64,000 bases of DNA from positions 83,879-147,878 of IMG/VR virus record IMGVR_UViG_3300046171_000314, one strand, 5' to 3'. Positions within the stretch are counted from its first letter, which is position 1, and each line of letters opens with the position of its first letter. This document shows positions 1 to 9,594 of this stretch, in pieces. The position numbers and the translations under genes were made by a program. Origin of the DNA: a virus. The notes below the pieces were generated by a model that saw only the letters and a list, made by a program, of their open reading frames with translations, made no database searches and had not been told where the DNA came from.

Positions 1-582
1 GCGGCTCGCTACTACAAGCAAGGACTTGGTTATGTCATTCACGATGAAAGTGTTGGAGCGGAGTTGAAACGACTTATGGGGGGCAATCCTCAAGAGCGAT
101 TTGCAACCATTCTCATTCAGTGGAAAACAAGTGATGATGGAACTCTTGATCAAAACGCTTTCGTACAAGGTCGTGACTACAAAGTCTTATCTTGGATTAT
201 GTCACAAGAGAAACTTACAACCATTCTTCGTGTTCACAAAAACTTCGGCATCAGCGAAGTGGATATTAATATTACCTGTCCTAAAGGCGGCTCACAGTAT
301 CAGAAGATGGATATTATGCCCATAAACCGCTCTTTCAAAAATGTAAAGCACGGAAACCTCCTCCGCTTTGCTATGGAAAGTGACAAAGAAGGTATGACAG
401 CGATGGCTTCCAAGATTTACAAAGAGGTACAAGACACTGCTGAGACCATTAGAGATCAGATTGGTCGTCAATATTCTATCTCTGAAATCAAAGAGAAGTT
501 GGGCTTGGAAGACAACACAGCCACTGCTGATGTTGGTGTAGACAATGCTGATGATATTTTGGATAACATCTACCCTGTCTAA
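1..582 (+). CDS. 5'-truncated probable single-stranded DNA-binding protein (gp32-like)
   Basis: Frame is open from base 1; acidic C-terminal tail (DVGVDNADDILDNIYPV); lies directly before resolvase and recA genes. Confidence 0.45.
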   Translation, partial: AARYYKQGLGYVIHDESVGAELKRLMGGNPQERFATILIQWKTSDDGTLDQNAFVQGRDYKVLSWIMSQEKLTTILRVHKNFGISEVDINITCPKGGSQYQKMDIMPINRSFKNVKHGNLLRFAMESDKEGMTAMASKIYKEVQDTAETIRDQIGRQYSISEIKEKLGLEDNTATADVGVDNADDILDNIYPV

Positions 583-605
583 TTCAACAACTATCTTGAT
601 GATTG

Positions 606-639
606 AGGGGTGAGGGTATTTTTCCTTTGCCCCTTTTTT
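606..639 (+). terminator. Probable intrinsic terminator
   Basis: AGGGGTGAGGG...CCTTTGCCCCT hairpin followed by a T run. Confidence 0.5.
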
Positions 640-652
640 ATTGGAGTCTTTT

Positions 653-1282
653 ATGAAAATACTTGGTCTTGACCCCTCTCTCACCAATTTTGGTTGGTGT
701 TTTATAGATGACGATGGCTCTACTGTGATAGAACGAGGTCGCTTCAAAACAACCTCCAAGCAAATCTTTATTGAACGTTATGTACAACTTAGAGGGGAAC
801 TTTCGGATCTCATAGATAGGTTGAAACCTGATCGAATAGGGATTGAGAGTCCTATTTTCAATGATATGTTCAGTGAAGGAATGTACGGTCTCTTCCTTTT
901 CTGTAACGAGGTCTTTATGACCAAAAAGAAAGATGTGGCTTTCTTTTCTCCTCCGCAAGTGAAGAGCCACGCTTTTGTTTTCCTAAAGCGACCTAAGGGT
1001 TGGAAGATGAAAAAGCAGGATATGTGCGAAGCATCTAGAACTAAGTCAGGTGGTGGAAAATGGAATCACAATGAAGCAGATGCCTATTGGGTTGGGGTGA
1101 CCGCCTACAGGTTTTGGCAATACTACGATCAAGTTCTTTCGGTGGATGATCTTACAGAAAAAGAAAAACACCAATTTACAAGAATTCATACATTTAAGAG
1201 AGGAAAGAAGATCGGAGAGACAGTAAAAAGCGGTTTAATACATAGGGAAGATGATCGATTTTTCCTTTGGTCACAAAAATAA
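653..1282 (+). CDS. RuvC-like Holliday junction resolvase
   Basis: ILGLDPS, IGIESP and NEADA acidic catalytic motifs; GGAG RBS before ATG 653. Confidence 0.85.
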   Translation: MKILGLDPSLTNFGWCFIDDDGSTVIERGRFKTTSKQIFIERYVQLRGELSDLIDRLKPDRIGIESPIFNDMFSEGMYGLFLFCNEVFMTKKKDVAFFSPPQVKSHAFVFLKRPKGWKMKKQDMCEASRTKSGGGKWNHNEADAYWVGVTAYRFWQYYDQVLSVDDLTEKEKHQFTRIHTFKRGKKIGETVKSGLIHREDDRFFLWSQK

Positions 1283-1296
1283 ATTAGGAGGCTATT

Positions 1297-2514
1297 ATGG
1301 CTAGAAAAACTAAGAAGTCATCAGCAAAACCAAAGCAAAATGTGAGTGCTTTGGCTAATGCTATGTCAAAAATGAATACTGTTTTCAAGGGGGAGGATGT
1401 TGTTGTTTCGTTAGATATCTCTTCTATGAAACAATCTGTTCCTCATATCCCCACAGGTGCTCTTGCAGTGGATTACTTGATAGGGGGTCGCCCAAATCGT
1501 TACGGTGTAGCCCCCTGTCCGGGACTCCCCAAAGGTCGTATTCTGAACCTTTATGGACACGAGGGCAGCGGCAAGACAACACTTGCTTTGACTACTGTTG
1601 CACAGGTTTGTGCCACAGGAGGGACTGTCTGTTATATAGATTTTGAAAATGCCATTGTGCCTGATTATGCCGCACAAATAGGTGTGCCCATTGAAGATCC
1701 AAACAAGTTCTTATTGGTATCCCCTGAAACCCTCGAAGATGGCATCAAGATAATGTACATTATGTTGAGTGAAGGTGTTGATCTTATCTGTATTGATTCT
1801 GTTGGAGCAGGAGTTCCAAAAATCGAGTTTGAAAAATCGATCAAAGATACAGACAAACACGCAAAGGTTGGGGAACTTGCACGACTATGGTCGGGACATC
1901 TCCCTAAGTTGAAACAAATCGCATCAAAGAAAGGCACAACGATTATCGCCATTTCTCAGATCAGAGATAAGATTGGGGGGATGGGCTATGGAGAGCAATC
2001 CACTGTTCAAGGGGGTAAGGCATGGAAGTTCTATGCGGCTCTCAGAATGAAACTCAGGCGAGTACAACAAGTTAAGGGCAAGGTTTTCAATGCCATCACA
2101 GGTCGTTATGAAGACCAAACAATTGGGTCTGTTACACGAGCCAAGTTAGACAAGTGTAAAGTAAGTTCTTCTCAAGGTCAAGAGATAGACTTCCATCTTC
2201 GACAAGGCGAGGGGATTGACAATGCAAGCACCCTCATTGACATTGCAGCAGCACACGGATTCATCAAGAAAGGTGGTTCTTGGTATACTTGGGAAAGACC
2301 TCACGCACAAGACATCAAAGTGCAGGGTTCTGAGAAACTTCGTGAAATGCTCCTAGATGACGATGCCCTCTTTGATGAACTTTGGGCACACTGCATACCG
2401 TTATTGTCAGGGGGCAAAGCGGAAGAAGGAGTCATTCTTGGAGATGACACTCCTGAGGAAGCCTCTGAGTATTCAGACAAAGACCTGTTGAAGGACTTGA
2501 AAGATTTAGAATAG
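1297..2514 (+). CDS. recA: RecA/UvsX recombinase
   Basis: IPTG..AVD, GLPKGRI, Walker A GHEGSGKTT, YIDFE, IDSV, SQIRDKIG, GGKAWKFYAALR, GSWY. Confidence 0.97.
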   Translation: MARKTKKSSAKPKQNVSALANAMSKMNTVFKGEDVVVSLDISSMKQSVPHIPTGALAVDYLIGGRPNRYGVAPCPGLPKGRILNLYGHEGSGKTTLALTTVAQVCATGGTVCYIDFENAIVPDYAAQIGVPIEDPNKFLLVSPETLEDGIKIMYIMLSEGVDLICIDSVGAGVPKIEFEKSIKDTDKHAKVGELARLWSGHLPKLKQIASKKGTTIIAISQIRDKIGGMGYGEQSTVQGGKAWKFYAALRMKLRRVQQVKGKVFNAITGRYEDQTIGSVTRAKLDKCKVSSSQGQEIDFHLRQGEGIDNASTLIDIAAAHGFIKKGGSWYTWERPHAQDIKVQGSEKLREMLLDDDALFDELWAHCIPLLSGGKAEEGVILGDDTPEEASEYSDKDLLKDLKDLE

Positions 2515-2574
2515 TATTGTTTTCGGTATAAAGAGAGGGGGGTAGTCCCCTCTCATTTTAATTAGGGAGATCTT

Positions 2575-3645
2575 GTGGTAAAAGTACAAGTAAAAAACTT
2601 TCAATCTATCAAAAGTGCTACCGTAGAGATTGAAGGATTTACGGTCATAACAGGGAAGAACAACTCAGGGAAGACCGCTTTGCAAAGGGCGGTTCGTGGT
2701 GTTTTTGAGAACGCACGAGGACATTCTTTTGTTCGACATGGGGAGGATAGTTGTGAAGTTTCTGTTTCCTTTGAAGATGGGAATAAGGTTACTTGGCACA
2801 AAGGCAAGAAAGAAAACAAGTATGTTATCAATGGAAAAACTTACGACAAGGTTGGTTCAGGCACTCCTGAACCCCTGAGAGATTTCGGTGTATACCCTAT
2901 CACCTGTGGGGGTAAGGTTATCTCCCCCCAAATCGCACCGCAGTTCACAGGACAAGTATTTCTTTTGAATGAAACAGGTGCAGTTTTGGCAGAGGCTGTT
3001 TCAGATGTCGAGCGTGTGTCTGTGTTGAACAAGGCTCTCAAAGAGTCGGAAAAGGATAAGAGATCCGCAAGTTCTGAGTTGAAAATCAGGAAGAAGGATT
3101 TGAAAGGTCTTGAAGAGTCCTTGCTTTTTTATGAAGGCTTGGAAGACTTGGGTGGTGAAATAGAAGACCTAGATGCTTTACAGCAGGAATTAAAACAAAC
3201 TCAAGAATCCTTATCGGAACTAATTTCTCTTAGAGATAGATATAAGACAGCACAAAGTATCGTCTCACACCTAGAGGATGTCGGAAATTTGAGTATTCCG
3301 AATGAATCCTTGTCGGAAATCTCAAACAACGTGTCCGACTTACGCTCCTTTCAAAGTAGATTGGTTCGGTGTGATAAAAATATTTCTTTATTAGAACGTA
3401 TTCTTAATGGAGTGCAACCCTATGTCAGTGTTTTGGAAGAGAGCACCGTAGGGATGGATAGATGTTCCTCAGGGATTTATCTTCTTCAGGGATATCAGGA
3501 CAGGGTATTGTCTTCTTATTCAGAGGTTGCCTCTATACAACAAGAAATCGCTTCGGTTGAGGCTCAGTTAGAGCAGATAGCAGAAGAGTTGCAGGCTTCA
3601 CTAGAGGAACATTCTGAATGTCCTTTATGCGGAGGTGCTGTGTGA
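2575..3645 (+). CDS. SbcC/Rad50-like ATPase, N-terminal half (Walker A, coiled coil, zinc hook)
   Basis: VKNFQS, GKNNSGKT, Q-loop region, long coiled coil ending CPLCG; no Walker B. Confidence 0.88.
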   Translation: MVKVQVKNFQSIKSATVEIEGFTVITGKNNSGKTALQRAVRGVFENARGHSFVRHGEDSCEVSVSFEDGNKVTWHKGKKENKYVINGKTYDKVGSGTPEPLRDFGVYPITCGGKVISPQIAPQFTGQVFLLNETGAVLAEAVSDVERVSVLNKALKESEKDKRSASSELKIRKKDLKGLEESLLFYEGLEDLGGEIEDLDALQQELKQTQESLSELISLRDRYKTAQSIVSHLEDVGNLSIPNESLSEISNNVSDLRSFQSRLVRCDKNISLLERILNGVQPYVSVLEESTVGMDRCSSGIYLLQGYQDRVLSSYSEVASIQQEIASVEAQLEQIAEELQASLEEHSECPLCGGAV

Positions 3646-3755
3646 CAAATTTTATCTTGTTTTTCTGTGCGGTGTTCTTGTCTTTCCTTCTTTACTCAGG
3701 ACTTTCTTACCTATACCACCGTTGGAAATGGGATCGATTTGGAAGAGATGATTAA
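3642..3755 (+). CDS. Small membrane peptide (37 aa)
   Basis: GGAGG RBS; GTG start overlaps the upstream stop; one hydrophobic helix (NFILFFCAVFLSFLLYSGLSYL). Confidence 0.5.
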   Translation: MTNFILFFCAVFLSFLLYSGLSYLYHRWKWDRFGRDD

Positions 3756-3794
3756 TATCTTTTGTTGTTTCGGTAGTTCTATCGGAGGTTATTT

Positions 3795-4763
3795 ATGAAA
3801 CTTATATGGCGAACAGACATACACCTTTCTGACAAGACACCTGTGAGCAGGAAGGACAATTGGAAAGAAACAATATTTAAGAAGATTCAGCAGGTCGGAA
3901 AGATCGCAGAAAAACACGATGCAGTTGCTGTTCTAGATGGGGGTGACTTCTTCGATATCAAGTCGCCTTCACGGAACTCACACGAACTTGTTAGGGAAGT
4001 TCTCGATGTTCATAAGGAATACCCTTGCCCTGTCTATGCGAATGTGGGCAACCACGATTGTGTATATGGTGATTATCAATTCTTGCCACAACAACCTCTT
4101 GGGGTTCTGTTCTCAAGTGGGTGTTTTCAAAGGCTCTATGACGAGCACGAGGTCACCTTTGAAAAAGATGGTGTCAAGGTTCGGGTTGTGGGCGTTCCCT
4201 ATCACGGTGTTGAATATGATATGGAAAGATTCAAAAGCATAAAGAAGGGGGACGAGGATTGGCTTGTCTGTATTGCCCACGTTCTTGCTTCTGAGAAAGG
4301 CGGTACAATGTTTGAGGGGGAGGATATCGTCAAGTATAGCGACTTGACCGATCTAGACCCTGATGTATTTTGTTTTGGGCATTGGCACAAGAATCAAGGG
4401 ATTAAGAGTATCTCTCACACAAGACAACAATGGGTTGTGAACATAGGTTCTCTTTCAAGGGGTAGTCTCACACAGGACAACTTAGACCGAGTGCCTTGTG
4501 TGGCATTAATGGAATTCAATAAAGAGGGCATACATCTCATAGAGATACCTCTTGAGATAGAAGATGCTGAGGAGGTCTTTGACATTGAAAAACGATTACA
4601 AGAGCAGGTTCGTGAGGACACAATGAATCAACTTGTTTCGAGCATACAAACGAAGTTAGAGTCTACACAAGGACTAGACCTTCGGTCTGCTGTCAAGGCA
4701 TTAGATCTCCCTGATACAGTGAAGGAACGAGCCATCTCATATATAGAAAAAGTAGACCGATAA
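3795..4763 (+). CDS. SbcD/Mre11-like metallophosphoesterase nuclease
   Basis: DIH, GDFFD, GNHD and GHWH motifs; adjacent to the SbcC-like gene. Confidence 0.9.
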   Translation: MKLIWRTDIHLSDKTPVSRKDNWKETIFKKIQQVGKIAEKHDAVAVLDGGDFFDIKSPSRNSHELVREVLDVHKEYPCPVYANVGNHDCVYGDYQFLPQQPLGVLFSSGCFQRLYDEHEVTFEKDGVKVRVVGVPYHGVEYDMERFKSIKKGDEDWLVCIAHVLASEKGGTMFEGEDIVKYSDLTDLDPDVFCFGHWHKNQGIKSISHTRQQWVVNIGSLSRGSLTQDNLDRVPCVALMEFNKEGIHLIEIPLEIEDAEEVFDIEKRLQEQVREDTMNQLVSSIQTKLESTQGLDLRSAVKALDLPDTVKERAISYIEKVDR

Positions 4764-4773
4764 TCTCCCTATA
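4759..4773 (+). promoter_or_regulatory. Putative late promoter (NNTAW-N5-YTATA)
   Basis: GATAATCTCCCTATA; the same spaced motif recurs about 18 times upstream of virion genes. Confidence 0.65.
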
Positions 4774-4809
4774 TTTTCATCTTCTTATGAACCATAGGAG
4801 AAATTTATT

Positions 4810-5154
4810 ATGTCTGATAAGAATTTAAGAAAGAAACTAATACGCCTTGCTCATACAAACCCTGAACTCCGAAAGGACTTGCTTCCTTTGTTGAAAGAGG
4901 CTGCGGAAACTCCTAATGAATGGTTTGACGCTTTCAGTGATTGGTGGGGTGGTATTAAGAACAGCATCCTTGCTGACGATGATAATGAAGTTCGTAACTC
5001 TCTTGGTTGGGATCTTTATCAAATTTGTGTTGGCTATGATCAAAGTTCGAAAAGTCGAAAGGATAATGCACAGAGGGCTATTGATCAGTTTTCTAAGCGT
5101 CTTATGAAAGAGATTGATGTTCTCAATAAAAAAGCAGATGACCTTAAAAAATAA
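4810..5154 (+). CDS. Leader-family protein 1 (putative internal head protein)
   Basis: N-terminus LRKKLIRLAHTNPELRKDLLPLLKEA; AGGAG RBS. Confidence 0.75.
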   Translation: MSDKNLRKKLIRLAHTNPELRKDLLPLLKEAAETPNEWFDAFSDWWGGIKNSILADDDNEVRNSLGWDLYQICVGYDQSSKSRKDNAQRAIDQFSKRLMKEIDVLNKKADDLKK

Positions 5155-5168
5155 GACTTGGGGAAAAA

Positions 5169-5519
5169 ATGTCAGACTTACGCAGTAAAATTATCCGTTT
5201 GGCTCACGCAAACCCTGAACTCCGCAAAGACTTGCTTCCCTTGTTGAAAGAGGCTGTTCCGATGGTATCGAACTATGACATAAATGGATACTTCAATAGC
5301 CCACAGGAATACCTTGATGCGGAAGAGGTTCTTTTCAAGAAGAGACTTATTATGGACAACACCAATTGGAATGACAGTGGATCGCAAACGGGTTCTTTTC
5401 TGTATGCGGTTTCCCCAAAGAATGTTCGTAAGGTCGAACAGATTATTAAGAAAATGGGTGGCACGATTACAAGTAAGGTTGCTCGTGGCGAAGATGGACA
5501 AGAGATAGTAGCAAGATAG
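5169..5519 (+). CDS. Leader-family protein 2 (putative internal head protein)
   Basis: N-terminus LRSKIIRLAHANPELRKDLLPLLKEA. Confidence 0.75.
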   Translation: MSDLRSKIIRLAHANPELRKDLLPLLKEAVPMVSNYDINGYFNSPQEYLDAEEVLFKKRLIMDNTNWNDSGSQTGSFLYAVSPKNVRKVEQIIKKMGGTITSKVARGEDGQEIVAR

Positions 5520-5543
5520 TAGATACACTCTTTCATCCTAATC

Positions 5544-5567
5544 AAGAACCCCTCTTGGGGTTCTTTT
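5544..5567 (+). terminator. Intrinsic terminator
   Basis: AAGAACCCC-TCTT-GGGGTTCTT followed by T-rich tail. Confidence 0.75.
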
Positions 5568-5609
5568 ACTTTTCTTGGGTATCATTGTTTCACAGACACA
5601 GGTGAAATA

Positions 5610-6542
5610 ATGGCAAGAAAATTTAATGTGATGTATTGGTCTACCTTTGACCTATATGAAAATTGTCCTCAGAGGTTTCTTTGGCAAAGAGGTTGGAAAG
5701 GAATTGATCTTGGGTATGGAGTTGGCGAACCTATTCCTTCACCAAAGAAGGACAGTATGCACCACGCAGTTATGGGGATAGTCCTCGCAAAAGCGATGGA
5801 GGACTTATACAATGATCAACTTTATCTTGACCCTCCAACTCTTCGTGAGAAGTTAGAGGACATTGTTGAAAAGGAACTTCGCTATCAGATAACAAGAAAG
5901 CACATAGATTGGAATCAGACCTCTCACGAGGAAATGTTGAAGATTTGTTTGGATGGTATTCGTGGGTACTTGACCACAATGAAGCACAACAAACTTTTGG
6001 GGCAGTATGCAAGAAGCGAGGTCGACTTGGTTGCTGAATTGAAAGAGGGGCATCTCATTGGTGGTCGTGCAGACCTTATTATTAAGAGAGGTTCAGAGGT
6101 TGGCGTATATGATGGGAAGAACTCTAAGAGTAAAGGAAAATATACAAGCCCTGATCAGTTGCGTTGGTACGGTCTTTTGTACAAGGCTTGTGAAGGTGTT
6201 CTTCCTGATAAGTTGGGTTTTGTTTATTTCAGATATCCTTTTGGAACTCCAAAGGAAGATGGGGGCATTGAGCAGGGGGTTGAATATGTCGATTGCAATG
6301 AGGTCGACCTGCAAACTCTTAGCGAACGTGCTATTCAAGCAAGGGATAACATAATGGCACAGAAATTTGATGCCAACCCACAACCCAAATATTGTATGTG
6401 GTGCGAATATAATGAGATGTGTGAACCAAGACAGGAGCAGAGGAAAGCCAACTCTAAGAAAAGGAAAAAGTCTTTGGGTTTGGAATTGGACACAAAGGGA
6501 GAGGTATTTTTTGAATTTTCTTTGCCTCGCACGATCAAATAA
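5610..6542 (+). CDS. PD-(D/E)XK nuclease, Cas4/AddB/RecB-like, with probable Fe-S cysteines
   Basis: CPQRF, GRADL, YDGK, QLRWY and C-terminal CxxCxxxxxC. Confidence 0.85.
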   Translation: MARKFNVMYWSTFDLYENCPQRFLWQRGWKGIDLGYGVGEPIPSPKKDSMHHAVMGIVLAKAMEDLYNDQLYLDPPTLREKLEDIVEKELRYQITRKHIDWNQTSHEEMLKICLDGIRGYLTTMKHNKLLGQYARSEVDLVAELKEGHLIGGRADLIIKRGSEVGVYDGKNSKSKGKYTSPDQLRWYGLLYKACEGVLPDKLGFVYFRYPFGTPKEDGGIEQGVEYVDCNEVDLQTLSERAIQARDNIMAQKFDANPQPKYCMWCEYNEMCEPRQEQRKANSKKRKKSLGLELDTKGEVFFEFSLPRTIK

Positions 6543-6581
6543 AGATTCTGATTCTGTATAGGACAGAAGGAGGGTTCTAAT

Positions 6582-6845
6582 ATGACAACCGAACGATTAA
6601 AACAGGCTCTTGATAAGAGAGACAAGTTGAATACAACCTTACAACGATTGAAAGGTCGATTAGAAAAGTCTCAACAGGATAGGGATAGTATTATCTCAGA
6701 GATTAGAGATAAAAATCTAGATCCCGAAAACCTAGATCAAACTATTTCTGTACTACAAGAAAAATACACAAATCTTCTTCAGAAGTTTGAAGAAGACCTG
6801 AACACCTTACAAAACAATCTCACTCAATATATGGAGAAAAAATAA
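6582..6845 (+). CDS. Small coiled-coil protein (possible middle segment of split SbcC)
   Basis: 87 aa of continuous heptads; GGAGG RBS. Confidence 0.6.
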   Translation: MTTERLKQALDKRDKLNTTLQRLKGRLEKSQQDRDSIISEIRDKNLDPENLDQTISVLQEKYTNLLQKFEEDLNTLQNNLTQYMEKK

Positions 6846-6847
6846 AA

Positions 6848-8002
6848 ATGAAACTTACGATAGCAAAAAATGACCTAATGTCTTCTTTATCCTTAACCTC
6901 TCACGCATTGGGCAAGGACACTTGGACTACCCATTATTTTGTCAGAAAGCACAACGATAGTAAAGTAGAGGTTCTTTCTACAAACCATCGATATTGCTCA
7001 TCGGCACTTGCTCCTTGTCACTTGGATGGGGAACTTGGAGAATTCACACTCGAAGGAAGTCGAGTAAAGACTTGGTTGAAAAATGTGTCAGATGGCGTAG
7101 CCCTTGTATTGGATAGTGATGGAAAAGTTGTTAATGCAAAGTCGGCTCGTGGCTCTGTTCGTTGGAACTGTGCAGGCACAGGGGACTTCCCCTATTGGGA
7201 TGATGCTTTGAAGAAAGCAACCACACAATGCACAATAGATGCCAATGAGTTCTTTGAGATGCTTTCGCACGCAAAGAACTTTGTGGGCAAGCCTGATGCA
7301 AAGAGTTTAGCCTTTCGTTATATTCGTGTTGAGAAAGGTGCGGTATTTGCAAGTAATGGTCTTTCTCTCAGCATTATATTTTGCGATAAATTGAAGAAAG
7401 CCAATTTCTGTTTCAATGCCAACGATGCCTCCCCTCTCTTGGGATTTTTGAGCAAACTTGAGGGCGATGTCGAGATCTTGTCCACTGACAGGATCGTCTT
7501 TTTCAAGGGATCAAATGAGGCAGTATTTGGGCTGACGTTGCCTTCTAAGCGTTCGATTGCAGGACTTGGAACACTTGCTCCTGATAAGTACCAAGCCACC
7601 TTGAATAGTAGTGTAGGCTCTTGGGAAGCCACAACTAAAGACCTTCAACAAACCATAGGGTTGTTAGAGTCATCTATGAATAGCGATGATCAAGTCATTA
7701 AGGTTTCTTTTGTCAATGATGAAGATGGGGAGAAAGCCTTGTCTTTGTCTGCTGTTTCGGTCACAGGAGATGTCGACAGTTTGAATGTGGGATTGTCTTC
7801 TTATGTTGATGAAGAGGGGATCGTAGAGAAGGGGCAATACCTCAACAAAGAGATAATGTTGAAGGTATTACAAATCATTGACTCACCGACAACTACGATT
7901 TCGGTATTAAAGTTGCTCAGTAACTCGGCTTGTTTGGAGCACGAAGTTCTTGGGTACACCTCATACTCAGTGGTCGTTCCTTTGCCCAATAAGACTTTTT
8001 AA
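6848..8002 (+). CDS. Probable beta-type DNA sliding clamp
   Basis: 384 aa; MKLTIAKNDL start, DFP linker and alpha/beta pattern typical of DnaN; DnaX-like loader nearby. Confidence 0.6.
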   Translation: MKLTIAKNDLMSSLSLTSHALGKDTWTTHYFVRKHNDSKVEVLSTNHRYCSSALAPCHLDGELGEFTLEGSRVKTWLKNVSDGVALVLDSDGKVVNAKSARGSVRWNCAGTGDFPYWDDALKKATTQCTIDANEFFEMLSHAKNFVGKPDAKSLAFRYIRVEKGAVFASNGLSLSIIFCDKLKKANFCFNANDASPLLGFLSKLEGDVEILSTDRIVFFKGSNEAVFGLTLPSKRSIAGLGTLAPDKYQATLNSSVGSWEATTKDLQQTIGLLESSMNSDDQVIKVSFVNDEDGEKALSLSAVSVTGDVDSLNVGLSSYVDEEGIVEKGQYLNKEIMLKVLQIIDSPTTTISVLKLLSNSACLEHEVLGYTSYSVVVPLPNKTF

Positions 8003-8643
8003 TGTTTGAACAAGTAAAACAAGATTATGCAAAATTGCTTGGTCGGAAAGAAGCCCTACAAGAGCGGATTCTTACGACCAAGCAGAACATTACAACACTA
8101 TCAAATGAAATAGAAACTCTTGATAGTGTTGGGGTGGTCTTTCGTCAGTTGCTTGATGATGAGGTAGCCTCCTCTGTGAAAGCAGTGGAGGAACTTTTGT
8201 CAGAAGCCCTACAAGCCGTTTTCACCGATCAAAGTCTTCGTGTTCGTGCTAACATTTCTGTCCTTAGGGGCAAGGTTTCCGTAGAACTTTTGACTATTCA
8301 AGATCACGGTGGAGGGGTAATTATTGAGGGACAGAGTTCTGAGGGTTTTGGTGGGGCTGTTACTACAGTTCAATCTATCATTCTGCGTATTCTTGTTTGC
8401 TTGAAGCGAGGTATGAGACCCTTTCTCCTTTTAGACGAGTCCTTGCCTGCCTTTGACTCTAATTATGTTCATAATATGGGGAATTTCCTATCTTCCTTAT
8501 GTGGGAGGTTGGGTATAGATATTCTTCTAGTCACACACAATCAGCATCTTGTTGAGGCTAGTGACAAAGCCTTTATCATTGATAAAAAGAAAGGGAAAGC
8601 AACCTTTTCAAAAGTTGTGAAGGGTTCTGTGTCAAAGACATAA
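8002..8643 (+). CDS. SbcC/Rad50-like ATPase, C-terminal half
   Basis: Short coil, signature-like GFGG, Walker B LLLDES, D-loop, H-loop LLVTH; no Walker A. Confidence 0.85.
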   Translation: MFEQVKQDYAKLLGRKEALQERILTTKQNITTLSNEIETLDSVGVVFRQLLDDEVASSVKAVEELLSEALQAVFTDQSLRVRANISVLRGKVSVELLTIQDHGGGVIIEGQSSEGFGGAVTTVQSIILRILVCLKRGMRPFLLLDESLPAFDSNYVHNMGNFLSSLCGRLGIDILLVTHNQHLVEASDKAFIIDKKKGKATFSKVVKGSVSKT

Positions 8644-8652
8644 GAGGGAAAA

Positions 8653-9057
8653 ATGGCGTTGTTGGGAAAAGTGGTTCAGAAATTTAAGCAGGTTCGATTT
8701 AGATACTTGAAGAAGTTTTTAAATGATCATCTTAATAAAGAATCCAAGAACTGTGTGTACAATCGATCAACAACCTTTTCACAAGGAGGCTGCGATAATG
8801 TCGGCTTGTGTGCTTTTGGTTTTGAGGAGAAGGCTTGGCTAGGGGGTGCTTGTGATTCAAGGGTAAACCCTGAACTTGCGAAAGGGTGCGAGGACTTTCT
8901 TTCGTTGTATAAGAAAGAGGACTTAAAGAAGGTGTTCAATGATTTCTTGGAGACATCGACTTTGGCAGATATCACAAAACACTATCCTGACCTTGCTACT
9001 CTTATGTGGGTGATGGAACAGGCGAACATAGATATAGAAGACTCAGAGGAGGAATAG
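8653..9057 (+). CDS. Hypothetical Cys-rich protein
   Basis: Compact operon position; five Cys residues. Confidence 0.6.
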   Translation: MALLGKVVQKFKQVRFRYLKKFLNDHLNKESKNCVYNRSTTFSQGGCDNVGLCAFGFEEKAWLGGACDSRVNPELAKGCEDFLSLYKKEDLKKVFNDFLETSTLADITKHYPDLATLMWVMEQANIDIEDSEEE

Positions 9058-9594
9058 GTGTCGCATTTATTAAAGTTAGTGAAGTTTGATAAAGTAAAGC
9101 CTTCTATTCAGCCCCTTGCGTTTGAGTTTCAGGCTAACAAGGAGGCTACTCCTTTTTTGGTTTCGACAAGCAAATCTTTGTTGTGGATAACAGAAGCCCC
9201 AACAAATGTTGTTCGAGCAGCAGTTAGACCCAAAACAAAGATACAAGATTTTTATCTTGAGGTTATTCAAGAAGTAGTGGAGGTGGGGGAAGAGTGTTCT
9301 TGGGGAAATAATTACTCTTTTAATAAAGAGGGGGTGTTGTCTGCTGTTTCCTATGTAAAATCTTATGGCATTGAGGAGGTGGTTTGTCTATTAAGTTCCT
9401 CTACAAAAAGCAGAACTAATTTTTTGCAGGGAACAGGGGTGGAGTTTTCTATTTGTAATTGGTTGCCGCAAGACTTTATTGCTGTCGTCCCCAAAGACAG
9501 ATCTCTATTAGGGTTCGTTGGTGTGATGAACTCAGGGTTTGTTTCGGTAATACAAAATCCAAGCAGGTGTTTGGCTTTTGCAGGTGCTATATGA
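9058..9594 (+). CDS. Hypothetical protein
   Basis: Abuts both neighbours; GGAGG RBS. Confidence 0.6.
   Translation: MSHLLKLVKFDKVKPSIQPLAFEFQANKEATPFLVSTSKSLLWITEAPTNVVRAAVRPKTKIQDFYLEVIQEVVEVGEECSWGNNYSFNKEGVLSAVSYVKSYGIEEVVCLLSSSTKSRTNFLQGTGVEFSICNWLPQDFIAVVPKDRSLLGFVGVMNSGFVSVIQNPSRCLAFAGAI

Noticed and set aside
5610-6542. Cas4 of a CRISPR system
   Set aside because: It is a stand-alone PD-(D/E)XK nuclease in a recombination operon with no cas1/cas2 or array
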